64,000 nucleotides of DNA from Trichoplax sp. H2. Its lineage: Eukaryota. A program made the position numbers and the translations under genes. The notes under the pieces were generated by a model, which searched no databases, was not told the origin of the DNA, and saw nothing but the letters and a program-made list of their open reading frames with translations. Shown here in pieces: positions 37,552 through 51,655 of this stretch (position 1 is its first letter; each line of letters begins with the position of its first letter). Where the stretch lies: NCBI GenBank assembly GCA_003344405.1, contig NOWV01000132.1, positions 62,001 to 126,000 on the forward strand. Direction: 5' to 3'.

Positions 37552-40500
37552 ATGGGTTCCTTTATCGGAATACTCAAGGTAAGTCCGTGCTGAGATTAAC
37601 GGTTGCGTCCAGTCATGATCCATGCTGGATAATGAATTAATCCATCAGCATTATTATTCCATCCACTTTCCATTTAATCTTGATACCTTGATGATGTATG
37701 TATAGCAAGATGTCTTGTGAGTGCTTTAGAAAGTACAATTGACCCATATGCTTGTCTGCGATGATAATGGAAAGAGACGAGAATTGTGGTCGAGATTCTC
37801 TTTGACTCCCTTTTAGTCAACACTTGACTCATTAGACCATTGCGATTGCACCTTGCTGGAAATCGGTAAACGACTTACTAGCTATTGATGCAAGGATATC
37901 CAATTAACCCTTAGTACCTTGGATTGGTATTGGGACTTGTTTTCACGATGGCGATTGTACCTCGCTTGAATGGGTAGATTACTTTTGGATGGATGCTATA
38001 GATATTCTAAGCTTGACCCTTCATTCATGAAGAATGCCTTGCATTCGTCTTCGACTCTATCTAGCCTACTGCAGTGGAGAAAATGGCCTACGACATGGAC
38101 TGTCTCCAATGGATTGATAGAGCATGATAACCAAGGCTTTAAAAAAATGACCACCATTTTAGTCATCATCCTATTTCACCTGCTATCGTTGCAGCCGTAT
38201 CCCTTCCACACCAATGGTTGCTTCAATAACTGTGTTAGTTTAGCGTTGATCGTTATTCTGAGCATTCCATAATATCAATCCTTTTAAATCCATTTCGGAA
38301 TAGATTGAATGCCTCTGCTAGGCTAAGGTAAACCGTTTTGGAATAAGAGTGCAAACCACAAATTGAAAACGTCATTGAAATAACTCCAATTTCAATCATC
38401 ATTCAATTTAATTTTACCATCTCTGGTTCAATAAAATGGCAACTGTATCGCTTTCATCGATGATTGCTTGAATCGTTGTACTGTATATTGAACCTTTTAC
38501 GGGATGGATATCTTTCCCTCGCCTTCAACGAATTCAATCATCTTCAATCTATTTTTGAGTCGATAAAATGAGTTATAAGACTTTTGCATGAGTACATGGT
38601 CTAAAATAATACAACCTATGGATCGAAACCACGAATGAAATAGGCCCAATTTGAAAATGAAAAGGCTAAATCTTTCATCCCTTGTTCAACATAATCGCAG
38701 TAATACAATTTGCTAGCAAATTCATTTTTAATGAACTTGATGGACATATCTTAATAGACGATGAATACTTTTCCACTAGTATCTTGGATCATATTGAAAT
38801 ACAGCTACCATAATGATCAGTGAATTGGTTAAAAAATTCGTAAATTCAACATACAACACAACCATAACCATAATATACTTTTACGTCTTGACCTATCACA
38901 CGCATAGGAGTATTCTCGAATATTGTATCATCTGATCTACTATGTACATGTCTCATTATGTGAGGATCATCTATTAATTAATGTTGTCTTTATTTTCTAT
39001 CTTTGTAATTTCATCGATACGCTCCTCTCAGAAAAACAAATCGTCCAAAGAGATTCTGGAAGATATTGAGGAGGTAAGTCGTATTACTACCGTCGATCTT
39101 AACCATTCGATAATTATGGATATAGTCAAGGTTAACGTAGCATGATATCGTTATATCCTTTCAATAACAGTTTCATAACATTAATGTTATGCCCTAGTCA
39201 ATAGTAGTATCAAAGTCCGTTATAGTTTCCTACCCTACCGCAAAACTACGCTATTGATCTACGCTACGTTATTAACCAAAGTCGAGATATCATCCAATGT
39301 CTTATTGGAGGATATGCAATCTCAAAGTCTCTCTTTTTACTATTGGATGATAACGAATCATTTAAAACTTGAGTCTTGATGAAAACAGTACTTGCTATCG
39401 CTACATGACGAGAATCATCAACGAAATCTGTCAATATTGAAATAGTGATACACAATTTTTCTATAATTGAACTTTAACTGTAACAACAGCAAGGTAACAA
39501 TCATGCAGTTCATTACTCAGAATTTTCCTAATCAATCACCAATCGCTACACTCACCATTATCACCCATCCAAAATATTTAATTATAACCAACATTGCATC
39601 GATAATTAATAAACAAATTGTAATAATCTAATCCTATCGTTATCATTGTTCCATATATTATTTAGAAAATTAAAAATAATGAATCTACGAAACGCCTTTA
39701 CGATCATCGCTTGAAAAATGTCACTTTCGATTTAGTGGCAGTAGTCCTTCCTTTATATATTACAAGCTTGATTGGATATTACTACCTTTATCTACCGGAA
39801 CAAACTCCAGATAAAATCATTTATTCTCTACCTTTCGCCGTTGTTCCATTCGGGTAAGCAAAACAACAACTTATACATTACTACAGTAGGGCAAGCATTG
39901 GATAACGAAGCAATGTTGCGCAAACTTTACGTTTATTTAGAGACTGATTATACTGTAGCTAGTTCATGCTAACTTTCCTTATGATTACCATTCTAAAGTT
40001 ACTGTTATTCAGTTGTACTTACCTACGAAAAAATAGCTAGATAATTATATTGCAGATACGGCTTACTGCAAGTTACTTGCAATTGAATTGCTTGATTAAG
40101 ATCACTATAGTGCTTATGAATCATAGTTATAAAGATCTACTATACGCAAGTGTTCTTTTTGAATCCACATTATGTATAGGGTTTATGGCATTAAAAAATT
40201 CCTTGAATACTGGTATAAAAAAGCTATTGGTAAATCAAGTAAGTGAAATTGTCGCCTAAGCTAAATACGTCTCAGTCACAGTTAATAGAACTCTCTCCAT
40301 TTCGATATAATGTGTAGTTCTTTCATGACATAATTTAAAAAGCTTATCTATTCTATATATACCTTCTAGTAGCAGGCAATAATACTTTACTGTTGACATC
40401 AGCATAATTTTACACCTTTATTTATCTATTCTAGACCTGACACTAAGAGAATTGCAAGATAGCAAAAAGAAAGTGGTAATGCTGCAATTTGCTAAAAATC

Positions 40501-42332
40501 TTATCGAGCTAATCCTTGCCAAATCATATCTCGATTATTGTACTAAAGCTACAGTTAGATTTCTCACCGAAATGCTCTATATCCTATTAAATTTTTACAG
40601 TACAACATAATGAGTGACTGCTTACAATATCTCTATTCATCACTGTAGTTAGAAGAAGTAATGGAAAAGGAGACCTACAAAACTGCTAAAGAAATATTAG
40701 AACGATTCGATCCCGCCTCTAAAAAATTACAGGTATGCCCATAGTATATTTATTCAAAGATGCAATGCTTAAAAATTGCCTTACGGTTTCAAAATTAAAT
40801 AAAATTTTGTGTTTACTTCCTAGATGTTTAATCAAGAAGCTAATAATACAGGTACTACACTGGCTACTAAATAGACATTCAATTGTTTTATTTAACTTTG
40901 ACTTTCATGCTCTTATATCGTCAGCAATAGATAAACTTTGTTGCAATAATTTCTTATGCACCAGATATTAGACGACGAGGGAATGCCGCAACCAAAGCTA
41001 AGAAAAAGCCTGATGATGGTGCTAATAATTCAGTAGTATTAGCCGATGTTGCGCTTAGGCAGCAACAGCAGCTGTTGTACCAGGAAAAAATTATCAAGGA
41101 GCAACATTTGAAACTTCAAAAGCAAAACGACCAAATATCTCAAGGATCGAAACTTTTACAATCTAAAAAATCTAATGATTCTAAAAATACTACATCTACG
41201 TCTGAGAATATTGAAAGCAGCATAAACGCAGCTAATGAAGTCACTGAAACCAATAAAACTAAACAAATCACTCGGAGTGAAGAGACAGTCAAACAAGCCG
41301 AAGGTGATGACGATGATTACTTACTTTTATTACCAGGTACGTTGGTAAGAATTAATTCATTAAATCTCATAAATAGCCCACCGTAATCAAGGTGTATGTA
41401 ATATTAGGTAGATAAACTGAATAATTTGACAAGTAGCCGATTATAGTATGTTTAAACGTTAATTACTGCCTAACTTCAGTATTGTTTACCGGTGTCCTAT
41501 CTTTTTCAATAGGAACTGCTACCGATGGAAACAAAGAACCTGTCTCATATCCAATCTTACCAAAAGATCGTAGCATGACTGATAAGGTAATTTCTTGTTT
41601 AATACGTTTTTATCCACTGTATATGGATGACTAAAAAAGGGTATTTTTTACATTTCCAACAATGCATATATTTAGATTATGGAGTATTTTGTTGGTGATG
41701 GCCCTACCAATCGATACGCTCTAATTTGTAGCAATTGTGCTGGCCACAATGGGATGGCTCTAAAGGAAGAATTCGAATATACAAGTATGAATGTAGAACC
41801 TGTAGATAGTATTACACGGGATTTATTGTAATGATAATATAATTAACATAATACATACTTATGTCTGTTTGATCTGTTTGATGTCTATAATATAACCACC
41901 ATTTTGCTGATAAATTCATCCCGACATGTAATAGCATTTAGATGTGCTTACTGCCGATACTTAAACCCATCACGAAAAAGAAGGCAGTCAGCACCTCCTT
42001 TAAATGTGTCACTATCAGAATCAGGTACAATAGTATGCTATCAAATGCAATCATTATCGATAATAAAACTATGTTACATGCACGAATAGTACGGCTACTT
42101 CTGACTGATATTTTCTCAACACTTAGTACCTACGTCAACCTTGGCTAGCGATACCAAAAATACTCTTTCAACGCCTTCCTCGAAAAGGAAGGTAATCCAT
42201 ACGAGTACGCCCAAGGTAAAAGAAACAAAACCACCTGATGTCGGGCCGAAAGCAAGTGAATCTACGTCCTTAGCTGCTGTAACGGAAGAAAGTACAATTC
42301 GAAACGAAGATGAAAGTTCCAACGAATCATAA
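37552..42332 (+). CDS. LNPK: Lunapark (ER junction formation protein), about 12 exons
   Basis: Exon 1 (37552-37578) encodes MGSFIGILK (myristoylation-type MG start). Two TM segments in 39666-40238; LEEVMEKETYKTAKEILERFDP at 40649-40732; zinc finger VGDGPTNRYALICSNCAGHNGMALKEEFEY...FRCAYCRYLNP at 41677-41970; last exon 42127-42332. Confidence 0.93.
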
Positions 42333-43872
42333 TAGCCTACTAGAAAGGGTTAAATGCTATCTATAAAAAACTGTGCTTTTCATTATTTAACAGCTAATAC
42401 GAATATATCCTTATATTAGTGCCAGCTCAAGTAAAAGACTAGTAACCTTTCTGATTGTACAGTTCTTTACCAGAAAAAAATAGTAAATTTTATTATTTCT
42501 AAAATTATCACTTTCTTGCCGCTATTATTGAAATGCTACTGCTTCTGTAACATATTCGTATGATAATTGTTAAACCCTCGATAGAATTTAGCTAAGTCCT
42601 ATAATGAACGTACCATAACGATATAATTGTTCTCCTAGTGGAAGTAAATTGAAATTTTTATCGGATTTATTTGATTGGGTACTTTGATCTTTTGTATTTA
42701 AGAACAACTTGGAGTTAATATATTTCACCAGATCCTTAGAAAAAATTATGCACCTTTTTTACCCATATTGTATATCAATAATACCTTATATTTCTAACCT
42801 CTATATTAACTTATTACGTCATTAATAAATACAAGAATGAATTTAACAATTGATTTTATGACTTTACCCAATTTCCAGCTATGTATTGTATATTCGCTAG
42901 AGCATGAAATCGCCCGTTAGATTTAAAGAATATGACGAAACGGTTACAATCTTACAGACTATCTATAGCCACTATTTGGAAATATTTCCCAGATAAATTG
43001 TATAAATTTTAAACATTACTTTTCTTGGTTGTTTCTGATCGATAAAGAGAAAGCCCTTTTAGTCAAGAACTGCAACGAGTTCAGGAAGCAAACAGGTTTA
43101 TTACTCGAGTACTTTGATTCCATGAAACAAGAATACAATTGATGTTCATCATTGCTCTCACAAGCTAAAATCAAGATATCCGCTTTCATTACCGGTACTT
43201 ACAATTAACACCCTAAAGTTACAAGTCAGAAGATATATAGTATATCCTATAGTAGCTGGTGTATACGATTGGCGATATTTAACATATTCGTTTACTCTCA
43301 TGAATTGTATCATAATTACAAAGACATTTAAAAATTATATATGTATGTGAGAAAAACAATGTTGCACACCTATAGAAAATAGTTCTTGTTCAGAGTTTTA
43401 CATATTAGTAATAATAACAGTAAAATATCTTTAAAGTAAATGTGCAATAGCTCAAGATGCAACCTTGATAGTGTGTATACAGTAGTATTGTTATTGGATA
43501 ATAGCTTCGTATCCTATACAACTCCAATCAGGATCATAACTTATTCAATAGTAAATTTATGAAACTTATCAAACACCGCTATCGAAATGCAGCTAGTACT
43601 CGGATTGTTACAGTTGAGTAACAGTAGTAGCCACGCCTAATGAAGTAAATCTGTGGTAATAATAGTAACTAAATTATTATTTGAAAAATTTCAGGAGGCA
43701 ATCGAATGAAAGCATACAGAATTACGATGTTCAAATTATAACCTTTTATTTACACCAAATTAAACTAATGCTATATTACATTATGTGCTAATTTATATCC
43801 GTAACATCTGCAATTTATCTTACATCAATGTCCTTTAATCGATTGGCATAGTGTAGTACGAAATTGTATATC

Positions 43873-46800
43873 CTATGATCTATTATTTTTAGTGTTGGGT
43901 GACGTATATGAATGTTGTCGATGCTTTGGGTTTAAGGTATTCTTTGAATAATTATCGGAAGTAAAATTGGTCGATTTAAACATTTGATGAGGAGGGGCAA
44001 ATGCAGATGGTGTTATATCGCAAACTGATGTATTATCATTGTCATTTAAATTCGGTGACTGTTGTATAACAGAGCTTTCAAACGAAAAAGTCTGATTTAA
44101 TCCACTATGGACTACATTTCCAGGCGATACAGATGATCCACGAATAAAGTTGGGCGATACATCCTTACCACGAGCACTAGCGATCGTATTTGACCATATT
44201 CCATGGTGAGGTTGAATTGTCTCAGACATCAACGGGTCTATCGCCCCTAATTTCATTACAGAACTGGACGTGATTTCTGGAGACAAATTTCTTGGTGGAT
44301 GCGTTATATTATATTGAGTATTATGCAATGGCGATGGATCTGCAATTTGAGGTGATGTACCGACAGAAGTCATATCATCTTCACTGCCACTATCTTCACG
44401 ATCAGTTGGCGTTTCAACATCAGGAGGTAAGATACGAGCTCCACTATTATTATTATTATTACCTTCCATAGCAACTTCAGCTAATACAGCAGCCACCTCT
44501 TCAGCAGTTACATCATCTATTTCACCATTTTTCCCACTAGCGATATCGCTAGCTATATCGAAAAGCATATCTGTATCCAGAGAATGAAACTCTCCAGGTA
44601 TGTTCATGTTGGATAAAAATTCGGGTAAAACAGGCGATAAACGATTAAAAGAATGAGGTGTAGGAGTTCTCTGTGAAATCAAATCACTTCCACTATCAGA
44701 CAGTCGGGACAGCATGTAAGGGGGGGATTCTCTTTCCGAGGATAATTTAGCCGATTTTTTAGCAAGTTTATTAGACATTTTCGATGACTTCTTCGATTGC
44801 TCTTTTACTTTCAATTTTCGTTTGATACCTCTGGCATCTTGGTTCATTGCTGATCTTGGACCATTATTCAATATCTGCGTAAAAATTGTTGTAGATTCAA
44901 TTACATTTACTTAGTTCTCCATACTTTTCCTATTCAGCTCTTAACAATTTATAATTAATTATGCAAAGTACCGTAATCTTACTATTATACTTTACAATTA
45001 CTGTGATAGACTACAGTCATACCTTCTTTTTTGAATGTTCTTCACATAACGGTTTATCATTTAAAAAATCGAGAGTAGTCTTGGCGCAAGAAATACCACC
45101 AGGGAATTTTGCAGTACACGAGGCAAAAAGGACCTGTTCTTTATCGTATGAAATATCTGTAGTAACATAAACGTTAAAGAGAAATACCAAACAACACACA
45201 ACAAACCTATGTGTAGACCGATTTGCAATTGCATAGTAGATAAAATGGTTAATAAATCAATTTTATTGTTACTGCTACCGCTTATTACAATTGCTGAAAA
45301 GATACGCAGATCACAATATTTTGAATATGGTAATGCATTCTTTGAACATCTAGTTTCTTCATCATCAATGTAACAACAAGTGATGATAACTGATTGACGC
45401 TTAGTAAGCCTAATAAAAAAAAATGAATGTACACTAAGTTGATGGTATTATTTCCCTATTTTATAGTATAACCATCCAACCTTTTTGCATGGTCCTTTTC
45501 GCATAATATTCTGGCAGCTAAATATGGACTTTGTTTAGTTGTTTTCAACAAGAACTTTAGGTAGCGATCCAAGGCTTTAGACTGCCTAGTATTTTGGCTA
45601 GTGAATCGAGCGATCTGGTAGACTTCTCGCCTTAGCTTATCACGTAAACAAGTTTTTCTTCTAGTACGGATACTTTCATAATCTAATTGGCTATCATTTG
45701 CACTACAACGTGAGTATCAAGATAGGATATTTTAAATATCAATTACCCTAAAGCAACTAGAATCATACCTTCATGGCAAAATGTCTATGGAAATAAAATA
45801 ATATGAAGACATTTTAATAATTATTTTTTACCTTGCGTCATCCGTATCCCAATAAGGATCTAAGCAAGACTTTTGCCAATAACGATTGTATTCAATATCT
45901 CCAGCATCAGGTTCGTCAGTGCCAGAGGAAGACAAGTATTCATTGTCGACTAATAATTTTTGAAAATACGTATACATATATATTTATGCATATAAGTGAC
46001 ATTTAATTATAAGCAATGATTGATGGTCGATCAGTACTTTACATTTTCACCAGTAACATTATTAAGCGCTGTACAGATACAGCCGTGCCTAGAGTAAAAC
46101 TATAATACTGTGTAGGTATTATGCAAACCTGATAACAGGATATTACGCATAAATTTCTTTTGATTTCGCCTCATTTCTCGCATTGCTTTGACACTAGGGT
46201 ACTTGACATTAATGGCAATTCGTTTCTTCGCCTTTACTTTCTTCTTTTTTACATTTTGTACAACAGGACGTCGTACCAAAACATTTTTCTCGGATTTCTA
46301 TAAGGCCAATAAGGAATAAAATATTCCAATTAACAGGTAGTAGATGTATTTATTATAGAAGCAACAATCATGTATTAACTAACCGTCTTTAATTTCTTTT
46401 TTGATTCCTTAATTGTAGATTTCGGTAACCCTTTCAGCTTTTTCTTCTTTTCTGCTTTTAATCCTTTCCCATGCTTTATTGCTTTTTCATGCTTTATTCC
46501 TTTTTCATTTTTACGATGATGATGCTGCGGCGACCGATGACGACGATGTTTGCGATGCTTTTCTGCTTTCGCATCTGATTTTTTCAATTTCGTCTTGACG
46601 TTTTTATACTGTGGCTTTATTTCCACTGATGATAGCGATTCCGATTCTGACTCTGATAATACTTCATCACCTTTTCTTTTCCTAGATTTCTTGGGCTTTA
46701 CTCCTAATACTTGTAAATGGCTATTGCAATATCTGTACACGTAAAGATGAAAGAGGTTAGCATTAGAAAAATGCTAGTCTATCAAGTTGGAAAGAACTCA

Positions 46801-48551
46801 GAATATTATCACTTAGCGAAGTCTACTTTAAAAGAAATGCATGCAGTCGTTGTCAAGTAACGACAAATTGTGTAAACAAAAGCAATCTTTTTCGAAAGGA
46901 TTACAAGAAGCGTTCGTACAATCATAACCCTTGTAACTTAAGGCAGTATAATCAGTCTTAATAAAGCATGAATATTAGCTTGCAAATAAATAACTAGATG
47001 ATCGTATATAATATTGTAAGTCGTTTTATTGCATAACAATATTGCTCACTGCTAATAAAATCATAATTTTATAGTTCATTACTCTATGATTGGAGAAAGG
47101 TCGACATTTTTTCATTCTTGATTATATTCTAGAACTGGTGTATCAAGTAATTTCATTTCTATTAACTTGTCAATCCAAACTTACATTCTATCTTCATTCT
47201 CGGGTATAGGATTGGTACATTGTTGACCATTATACTTAGCCATATAAGAACATTGCTTAAAGGGGCAACTTTTATCTTCCAAAACATGACGAATACAGAA
47301 AGCGAAACCATTCAATCTTCGTTGCTTGCATAACTTTTGCGAATAACTACATAATAATTTACCATCTGTCGGTGATGTGTGTATATTCTTGCCTTCATAC
47401 ATGGCACTGTCGTCATCGTCATCCTCGTGTACTTTTGGATTATCGATAGCCATAAGTTCCTCTATTTGGTGAAGAATAAATAGCCAGATATGTTATCTAT
47501 ACTATCATTTTATGTCACTTTTAGCTGTAGAATATGAAAATGTTATAACTAGTAAAAGGTATGTCGTTTTTGTGTACTGATTACAAGACTGAGACTAGTC
47601 GAAATATCCCGCTTGTGATATTTTGCGCTACTACACTATTACGATGCTGTGAGTTGTTGAATATTGGGTATGTGAATTAAAACACATTATGCAGTCATAA
47701 TTGTCGTCATTCTATATAATAGGGCTCATCTTTGGAATACGCTATCCATTCTTGGCGCTATTTTAAGCGTAGAATTGTGTCTTCATGTCAAATTGATACA
47801 AATTTATCATACTACGTATAGGATAGAAATGTTTGTGTCGTTGCGATGTTTTTGATGTAATTAACGTACAAGTATACAACCTATATCGTGAGAAGAGGTT
47901 AGAAACCTATTAATAATGGTATGAACAAGCCTATTGCTGTACGGTCAATATTTTATTTTATTACGGAGTAGATCTTGATTTGGTATCGTGTACTAGATAT
48001 GGCATGGTATTTTAGAGTGAAATATCAATATGAGATTTGATATTGCTTCTTTGCCTTTAAAAAAAGAATAATCTACTTTGGTAGCCTAAAGTAGCCAACC
48101 ATTAGGTACGTCAACGGTATTTGGCGTGGTAGAAAATAAGAATAGACTATGGAGAAGAGTACATCACTTGGTTTGGAGTTTCATCTGCTTACTTTCAAGG
48201 ATATACAGTATAACAGTTCGATTTATGACTCAAAGTACTGACAATGGCCAACGATTTAGCTTGGATGGATATTTTATTTTGCTAAGAGATGTCTCCAAAT
48301 GATTACATAGCAACGTAAGTTTACTGAATTGATAAACAGAGCACCCTTGTATCATTAATCCATCTTTGATGGACTTTTTCAATGTATGGTAAACTAGTTT
48401 TCCATAAGTAATGAAGTTATGCTGTAACAAAAGTTATTTTCTTTAGAATCAACTCAACAGCAAATGTGTTGTAGAAAAATGAGATCGAATTATGACGGTG
48501 ATTACCATTTTCTTCTTCTGGTGAGTTATCTTCATAATCAGGCGAATCCAT
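43873..48551 (-). CDS. INO80D: INO80 complex subunit D homolog, multi-exon
   Basis: MYEGKNIH...LCSYSQKLCKQRRLNGFAFCIRHVLEDKSCPFKQCSYMAKYNGQQCTNPIP (47402-47185) splices to YCNSHLQVLG. A second Cys/His cluster (CSKNALPYSKYC..H; SCTAKFPGGISC...LCEEH) lies at about 45020-45400. Terminal exon 44874-43873. A putative in-frame upstream exon is at 48551-48506. Confidence 0.88.
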
Positions 48552-50149
48552 GATAGTAGAAGTTGAATTGGGAATAATTTTTGGCTTTTGAGTATCCTAT
48601 AAAATAATATCGGCCAGTTTGGTAATTGCCAGATCTTTTGTAATTGCTTATAGAAATGGAAAATGAAAATAATTGACTGTTATTCTTAGTAGAAGGAAAG
48701 ATTAATTGTGTAAGAGGTATGATACAGATTTATCATAATAAGTATTGAAATGATATCGATGCAATCAGAACAAAAAAACAGACACAGAGACCAAGACAGA
48801 CTCATTGGCCAATCCATTGAATACATTTCCATCATGTTTTGTCGGTCATTGACTAATTTGTAATTATCCTACAGAATGAACTGTATTGTAAGCTTGATGG
48901 TATTATTATTTGTCGAAGTGAGTCCTGTTGATGATCAAGTGAGCGACAACACTATCTACTATACTAGTGGTTTGAATGCATTGGACGTCTTGTTGAGTAG
49001 CCTGGCAGTAAAAAAGGATATGCCTGAATCTTCTTGGCTACTATTACACTAACATGACGCTTGAAAAGCGTTTGTCAAGTCATTTAGCTGACTCGGATGC
49101 TAGCGATCGACTAGGCTATCCATTTGAACGGGATAGATGGAAAAGTAATGGATCATGATGGACTAGTAGGCCAAATTGTTTTTCGCCTTAGCGAGGTTGC
49201 TTGGATGAATCCCTTGAGGGGTTATGGAAATAGGTCAGTTTACAAGTGTAGCCTGTACAAGTTGGACTTTGACTTGTATTTTCCAACCTAAACTTCTCCA
49301 TGTGACTACAAGATGCTTTTCCTTTTCCTTGGAAGTTAAGCGATGATTTATCCTATGCAAAAGAGGACTGCAATACGTTGGTTATCCAAGCGCTTGACGA
49401 GTCTGTCTCTCTCTCTCTAGACTATTGCCCACCAATCGCGTGGTGGGCAAAACCAATACAGTAAGACCATGACTAAAAACAGCTTGAATCTTTCTCATCA
49501 ATCCATAACAGAAAAGCCAATCAAGACAGTAGCCTTGAAAGTGCTACTACATGGCATAGAAGCAAGCAACAACCCTTAAAGATAGCCAATAAACAACACC
49601 AAGATTTGTCGAGCAAACACAACTGATGGCCATGGACGATGCCATTGAATTGACCAGTGCTCATCCAAGCCGACAGACGGCAATATAACCTATGCTTATG
49701 GAAAAGAAAGCAACAGAAACAGCCAGTGAACGACATGAACTTACCAATCAAGTGATTGAGTGGAAAGAATTAGCACATTGAAGTAAAATAGACACCAGGA
49801 GACATCAATTAGAGAGGAAGAAGACCAGCAGCAGGCTTGAACTTGCTAATGCAGTTTGGCCTAGGAGGGCAAGCGATTGCAATGACTGCGCAAATCAACT
49901 GGATTACTATGGCGATCGAGTGTCTCATTCAGCCGACAAGAGCAGACTGGAAATGAGTCTGTTGTGCGCAGGTGCAGGGCGCTGCGCGTTTCGGCCTTTC
50001 GTTCGACTATCCAATGCCTCATTCAGTAGTATCGACTCGAGTGAAATCCCTTTCGAGTAGGATAAAGTGTAACGACGTGGCTGGGGTAAGCCAGTCACCG
50101 TACCTGGTGGAGCCCCTGATAGGCGATGGCGTCATTATCTAATGTCGCA

Positions 50150-51655
50150 TTCAGTAGTATGAAATAGAGTCAAAGAAGTCTTTGATGGAGCATGCCTCAC
50201 TTCTTCTATGGTGCACCACCCGCGCACAGTGTACAGTGTACAGTACACGCCAAGTCCAATGTACTGTAGCTTGGACGGCACCCATGGTCATCGACTGGTG
50301 GAAAAGAAAGACAGAGACGTTGTTCAGTTTAGCTAGGCCGAACCTCAATAGTTTGCTCGTCATTTTAACCCGATCCTATGTCTGTAACAGTTTGCTGCAC
50401 TATCCATGATGGTCAATTTGTTGTAGAATGGAGCTGCCGGGTTGATGTTTACTATCCAAAGCATTATTCAGTAGTGTAGTATAGAGTAGAAGAGTAAAAT
50501 GCAGTCGCATTGTTCCAACTGTTTACAGTGCAGAGTGTACATTCTACAGTGTACAGTATTCTACTGGACAGTACACCCAAAGTACAACGTACTGTAGTCT
50601 GCGCAGGACATAAACTCTTGAAAAAGAAAGAAAGAGACGTCGTTCCCTTTCGTTCTGACCATTCGAATTTCGATAGTCATATTAACTGGACCCTATCTCT
50701 GCAACAGTTTACTATACTGTCCGCGATGTTCAATTTATTATAGAGTTGAACTGCCGAGTTGATGTTCACTATCCAACATATCTATCATGCAGTAGTAGAC
50801 AGTAAAATAGAGTTGCATTGTTGTTCCAACTGCTCACAGTGCAGAGTGTACAGTGTACAGTATTCTGCACATCAAGTACAGTACGTTGTACTGTACTCTA
50901 GTCTGGGCAGGACATGCACAGTTGAAAAAGAAAGAAAGAAAGAAACGTCGTTCCCTTTCGTTCCGTCCACCCGTATTTCGATAGTCATTTTAACTGGACC
51001 CTATCTCTGCAACAGTTTACTATACTGTCCACGATGGTCAATTTATTATAGAGTTGAGCTGCCGAGTTGATGTTCACTATCCAACATATCTATCATTCAG
51101 TAGTAGACAGTAAAATAGAGTTGCATTGTTGTTCCAACTGCTCACAGTGCAGAGTACAGTGTACAGTGTACAGTATTCTGCACATCAAGTACAGTACGTT
51201 GTACTGTGCTCGAGTCTGGGCAGAACATGCACTGCTGAAAAAGAAAGAGACGTCGTTCAGTTTCGTTCCGACCACCCGTATTTCCATAGTCATTTTAAGG
51301 TTAACTGAACCCTATGTCTGCAACAGTTTACTACACTGTCCACAATGGTCAATTTATTATAGAGTTGAGCTGCCGAGTTGATGTTCACTATCCAATATAT
51401 CATTGAGTAGTAGACAGTAAAATAGAGTTGCATTATTGTTCCAACTGCTCACAGTGCAGAGTGTACAGTGTACAATGTATTCTACACATCAAGTACAGTA
51501 CGTTGTACTGTACTCGAGTCCAGGCAGAACATTCACTGCTGAAAAAGAAAGAGACGTCGTTCAGTTTCGTTCCGACCACCCATATTTCCATAGTCATTTT
51601 AAGGTTCACTGGACCCTATGTCTGCGACAGTTTGCTCCACTGTCCACGATGACCA
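50150..51655. repeat. Tandem repeat, unit about 308-317 bp, 4 copies plus a degenerate fifth
   Basis: GTTGATGTT.ACTATCCAA at about 50441, 50758, 51066 and 51377; units are rich in GTAC/TACAGT; similarity decays toward 50150. Confidence 0.93.

Noticed and set aside
49955..50030. Hammerhead-ribozyme-like string on the minus strand (CTGAATGAG...GAAAC plus a stem)
   Set aside because: The core has an extra base relative to CUGANGA, there is no NUH cleavage triplet after stem III, and no stem I.
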